A stretch of 64,000 bases of DNA from Macrostomum lignano. Its lineage: Eukaryota. Location: positions 124,001 to 188,000 of the forward strand of contig NIVC01001395.1 of the NCBI GenBank assembly GCA_002269645.1. Reading direction: 5' to 3'. Both the position numbers and the translations under genes were made by a program. Below the pieces are notes generated by a model. It was not told where the DNA came from and ran no database searches. It saw only the letters and a program-made list of their open reading frames with translations. This document shows, piece after piece, positions 59,796-64,000 of this stretch. Each line of letters begins with the position of its first letter. The stretch's first letter is position 1.

Positions 59796-62060
59796 TTGGA
59801 TGTATATTTAATGGCCCCGAGATAGGAGAGAAATAGATTAGGAATTTTATTGATCGTATAGGGAAGACAGGAGATATTCAGGTCATCGATTTTGGGATCT
59901 CTAATATTGGATGATTAACGAGCTGGAAATATGATTTAGCAAAAGTGTGGATATAAGAGAACAAATTCTCTGCTATTTAGAGAAAGTCTCCATTTTATAC
60001 ATGTAGAATGGACCGTCCTAAATATTTTTTTCGCGACCACTACCGGCCCTGAATAAAATTTGATTTAACGAATTATTCACTGTTTGAAACAGACCTCAGA
60101 CCACGGATTTAAACATTATGACATTTTTCAGGAACTGTGCGTTTGTTTTTCCTTTCTGTAATTTTGTTTTTACCGATGTTGTAGAGCTCAATATGTAATG
60201 CTTATGTAAGCCAGTTTAAGTTGAATTAATTATATACTCAAGTAATTTAATGTGTCGCTTCCTAATCTCTTTGCTTGTCCATAATTGTTTATTTTTACTA
60301 CTACTACTATTTGCCATTCAACAATATTTTTGAGTGGTATGACGCCCCTTTGTAAGCGTTCATTGTTTTAACGCTTTAATTAAAGTACCTCTGTCGTTAG
60401 ACTGTCGTTAAATTAAATTAACGATAGATTGACACTTTAAGCAACGTAATTAATTTGATATAAACTCCGTTTTTTCGTCTAAGTCAGATAATGATTATAA
60501 TATGCCCAACATACCTTTTGTTGGGATGCAGCATATGTTATATATTGTTCGCCACTAGTCAAAGAGAGTACTATGGAACCCCATGGCGTATTATATTTCG
60601 CGGTCTACTTTCAACGCATTGTTGTTTTTGTTTGTGTACAAGTACAGTGTCGTTTGCCATTGTTGATATTATCGTTCTAATCGATACGCATTCCACATGT
60701 ACTTTTTAGTCTAATTTTTAAGGAGTCTCGCATCAAAGTGGATAAGTTAAATTTTGATCCTGCTTAGAAACGTCGAGAAACGATTATAAGACGTTATGTT
60801 GTATATAATTATATTTTTGCTACTCAATAATCAAGCGTTAAAGTATTTATCATTGTTATTATTATAAGTTTAGAACAATCACGGCTACTGTAATAAATAT
60901 TTTGTCTGGTGGAGCAAATTGAATTGATCAAGGCAAAAATTGATACGTTTGGGTTTTACCACTATTTGTATAAAAAACGTTGTTAAAACAAGATGAGCAA
61001 ACTAAAACGATAAATAAAGCTCCTGTCAGTTCCTGTCAATAACAAAAATAGTCAGTGCAGTAGCCACACATGTACATGCAAAGCTACAGCAGAAGCACTC
61101 GTCCGCGAGCACGGAATTAAAATTTAATTCAAAATAAAAAAACTTCCACATAAATTCTCATCTTCCAAGTCAAATTTATTGCTATAGTACTATTTTAACA
61201 CTATTCATAAACATTATACTGCTTAATTTTAAACGTTTTTTAATATGCATTTGTTAAAACTCTTAAGAAGTTTTAAACTGCCAACTTTCCAAGACACAAC
61301 GCGGAAAAAGAGATATCAGGTGCAATTTTAGACTTAAAGCTCGTTAAATTCACAATATTTGTCATCATTCGTGTTTGAATAAACTGTAGATACTTTTATT
61401 AACTAATAATTTTAATTTATTAAGTTGCATAGTATTTACATTATTTATTTTAATGCGATTTGAAGACAGGATCAAAATTGATGTCTTCGTATTTTTCGAA
61501 CTAGTAAATGTTTTATTTGTAGTTTTCATTTTATCCTATAGATAACGTAAGATTTAGCGTAAAATGTTGTAGATTAGTACATTATTTAATTTGTATTGCT
61601 TTTTTTAAGTAAATAGACCTAATATTTGTATATTTGACTTAAATTAGCACTACTGTACAATGTGTGAATTTAGTCATGATTATTAGATTGTCTACTAAAC
61701 CATTCTCATAAAAATCATATCTGTAAAGTATTACTATAGCTTTATACTTGATGATTTAGAGATTTAGAGCATTGATTTAAAAAATAATTTGGACCTTTTT
61801 CTGGGTCTATATATCTTAAATTCTACTTACTATCTATAACCATAGCCTTTATTATTGAAAGATTGGGCTTTTATTTAAAAGTTTGAATTATTTAGTTACT
61901 TATTAGCCAAGCAAAAAGGAAGCTTTAATATTAAAAATGATATTGCAAATTACCATAGCCAATAATCCAAACCTAAGTCAATTTCTTTTAATTCGAATTT
62001 TTTAGGCTTTTTTTGTACCTGTATGCAACAAATTAATTGTTCATTCATGAGAAAAGCATA

Positions 62061-62657
62061 ATGCCAATAATATCATCATCACTGCTATCAAATCTGATTC
62101 TATTGCTTCCACTAATTGGGTTGCCAGCAACATACGCGCAGACAATTAACTCTACCAATTGTCCATTTAGAGGCGATGATCGCCGCTACATAATGTCCAT
62201 GTTCGCCATAGACGGTGGCCAAAACACTGAAGTTGTGGTATCAGATACTGGCTTAGCTTATCGTCAAGGCGACTTTGGCAACCGCAATGGTCGTTGCATA
62301 GAAATTGTAGACCGAAATCGGGCAGAAGTTGAACAGAAATCAAAATGGAATCTGCTGGTTCTGTATCGGAATGTCACCACCTCTGGCGAGATCTATTTCT
62401 GCATGAAATTCTATTGGCAGTCGGTTAATGTGATCCAGTACCAGCTCAGTGGCTTCTATTCAACCAACCAGGCTGACGCCAAAGCCAAGTGCGTTCTGTT
62501 TGAGATGAACAATCGCTACAGCTTTGCAGTTGTTGGCTTCTCTAGGAACTACCAGAGCTACAATTGCAAGACTATATTCGAAGGAGTCTATTGGTTCACC
62601 TACCAGCTCAAGGATTCGTCCAGAACTCCTTGCGACGCTTTGAATAACGAAATTAAG
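62061..62657 (+). CDS. Secreted Cys-containing protein, exon 1 (resembles invertebrate DUF7042/7043-type repeat proteins)
   Basis: Signal peptide MPIISSSLLSNLILLLPLIGLPATYAQ; YFCMKFY..SVNVIQYQ motif; donor AAG|GTGAAT, phase 0. Confidence 0.75.
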
Positions 62658-62719
62658 GTGAATATTTAGACAATTTTATGGGATCAAAGATACAGTCCAA
62701 CTATTGATACAAAGACAGC

Positions 62720-63030
62720 CTGTTGCATAGATATCTATTTAAGCGTCTGTTACGGATATAGACAGACTGGTACAGCCACACAAAGTTTTCCACAGACATG
62801 GACAGCCTGGTACAGTCATAAACAGCCTATTACAGATATAGACAGTCTATTTCGGTAATGGACGGTCTATTACAGACATGGAAAACCTATCACAGACACA
62901 GACAGCCTATTACAGACATCGACAGTCTATTACAGGCACCGAGAGCCTATCACAGGTTATCGACAGACTATTACAGGCACCAAAAGCCTATTACAGGCAT
63001 CGACAGTCTATCACAGACATAGACAATCTA
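62720..63030. repeat. Degenerate 21-bp repeat ACAGACATAGACAGYCTATT in the intron of the secreted-protein gene
   Basis: Direct reading. Confidence 0.82.
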
Positions 63031-63074
63031 TATTGCACTCGATAACCTTGCTCAATCTCTGAAACACCCCACAG

Positions 63075-63316
63075 GCCTGTCAGCGGGCGGGCTCCCAGGA
63101 GCGGGACAATTGGATAACTAAAATCACATGGGGCCTGTGCCCCGGCCTGGCCGAGATGAAGGATCAGGGTACTCAAAACTACTATTGCTACGGCATGTGG
63201 ACGGATAACAATAACAATGTTTACGCTGCTGTGGGCATGGATCAGGGCGATATTAAATTCAAATACCGCTGCCTGGTGACTAGGAAGGATCAAAATGAAC
63301 GAAGCATACTTTATCG
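63075..63316 (+). CDS. Same secreted protein, exon 2 (continues beyond window)
   Basis: Acceptor CCCCACAG|GCC, phase 0; ACQRAGS..YYCYGMWTDNNNNVYAAVG..KYRCLVTRK; donor CG|GTGAGT. Confidence 0.75.
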
Positions 63317-63560
63317 GTGAGTTGCTTTTTTGTGGCCAAGAATTGTTGTCTTGCAATTCCAAACATACCGTCTTCATTTCCACCATTGCCTATTTGCAGT
63401 CACACATTCAGTGGAAAGTCCAGTTAATTTCATGGTATGTAGCTTATGGCAATAATAGAAACAAACTAACTGCGACACAGAAATGTTGTTTGTTCACATT
63501 TGACGGTCACTTGTAACTTTTTAACACTGCACTTTGTGATTACTAATTGCAAATTCGACT

Positions 63561-64000
<440 letters not shown>

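Overview
Animal genomic DNA with GT-AG spliced genes, GC-rich exons and minisatellite-packed introns. The style suggests a repeat-rich invertebrate such as a flatworm (inference only). The main feature is a complete 15-exon + strand gene (CDS 9990-59574). I assembled it by hand; all intron phases match and the total is 7224 nt = 2407 aa. It encodes signal peptide + 6 Ig + 13 FN3 + TM + cytoplasmic tail, the Sidekick architecture. Upstream (4135-7452) is a fibrinogen-domain (FReD) locus. One promoter/exon-1 segment sits between inverted intron copies, with a diverged terminal FReD exon on each side pointing outward. This resembles an invertible exon switch and is the best candidate for something new. 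Downstream, a secreted Cys-containing protein gene begins (62061 onward). Most sdk introns carry one or more distinct tandem arrays, several interrupted by retroelements (a tRNA-derived SINE with TSD, an RTE-like LINE 3' end, a probable solo LTR). Most long ORFs in the supplied track are artefacts of these repeats. All alignments and counts were done by eye.
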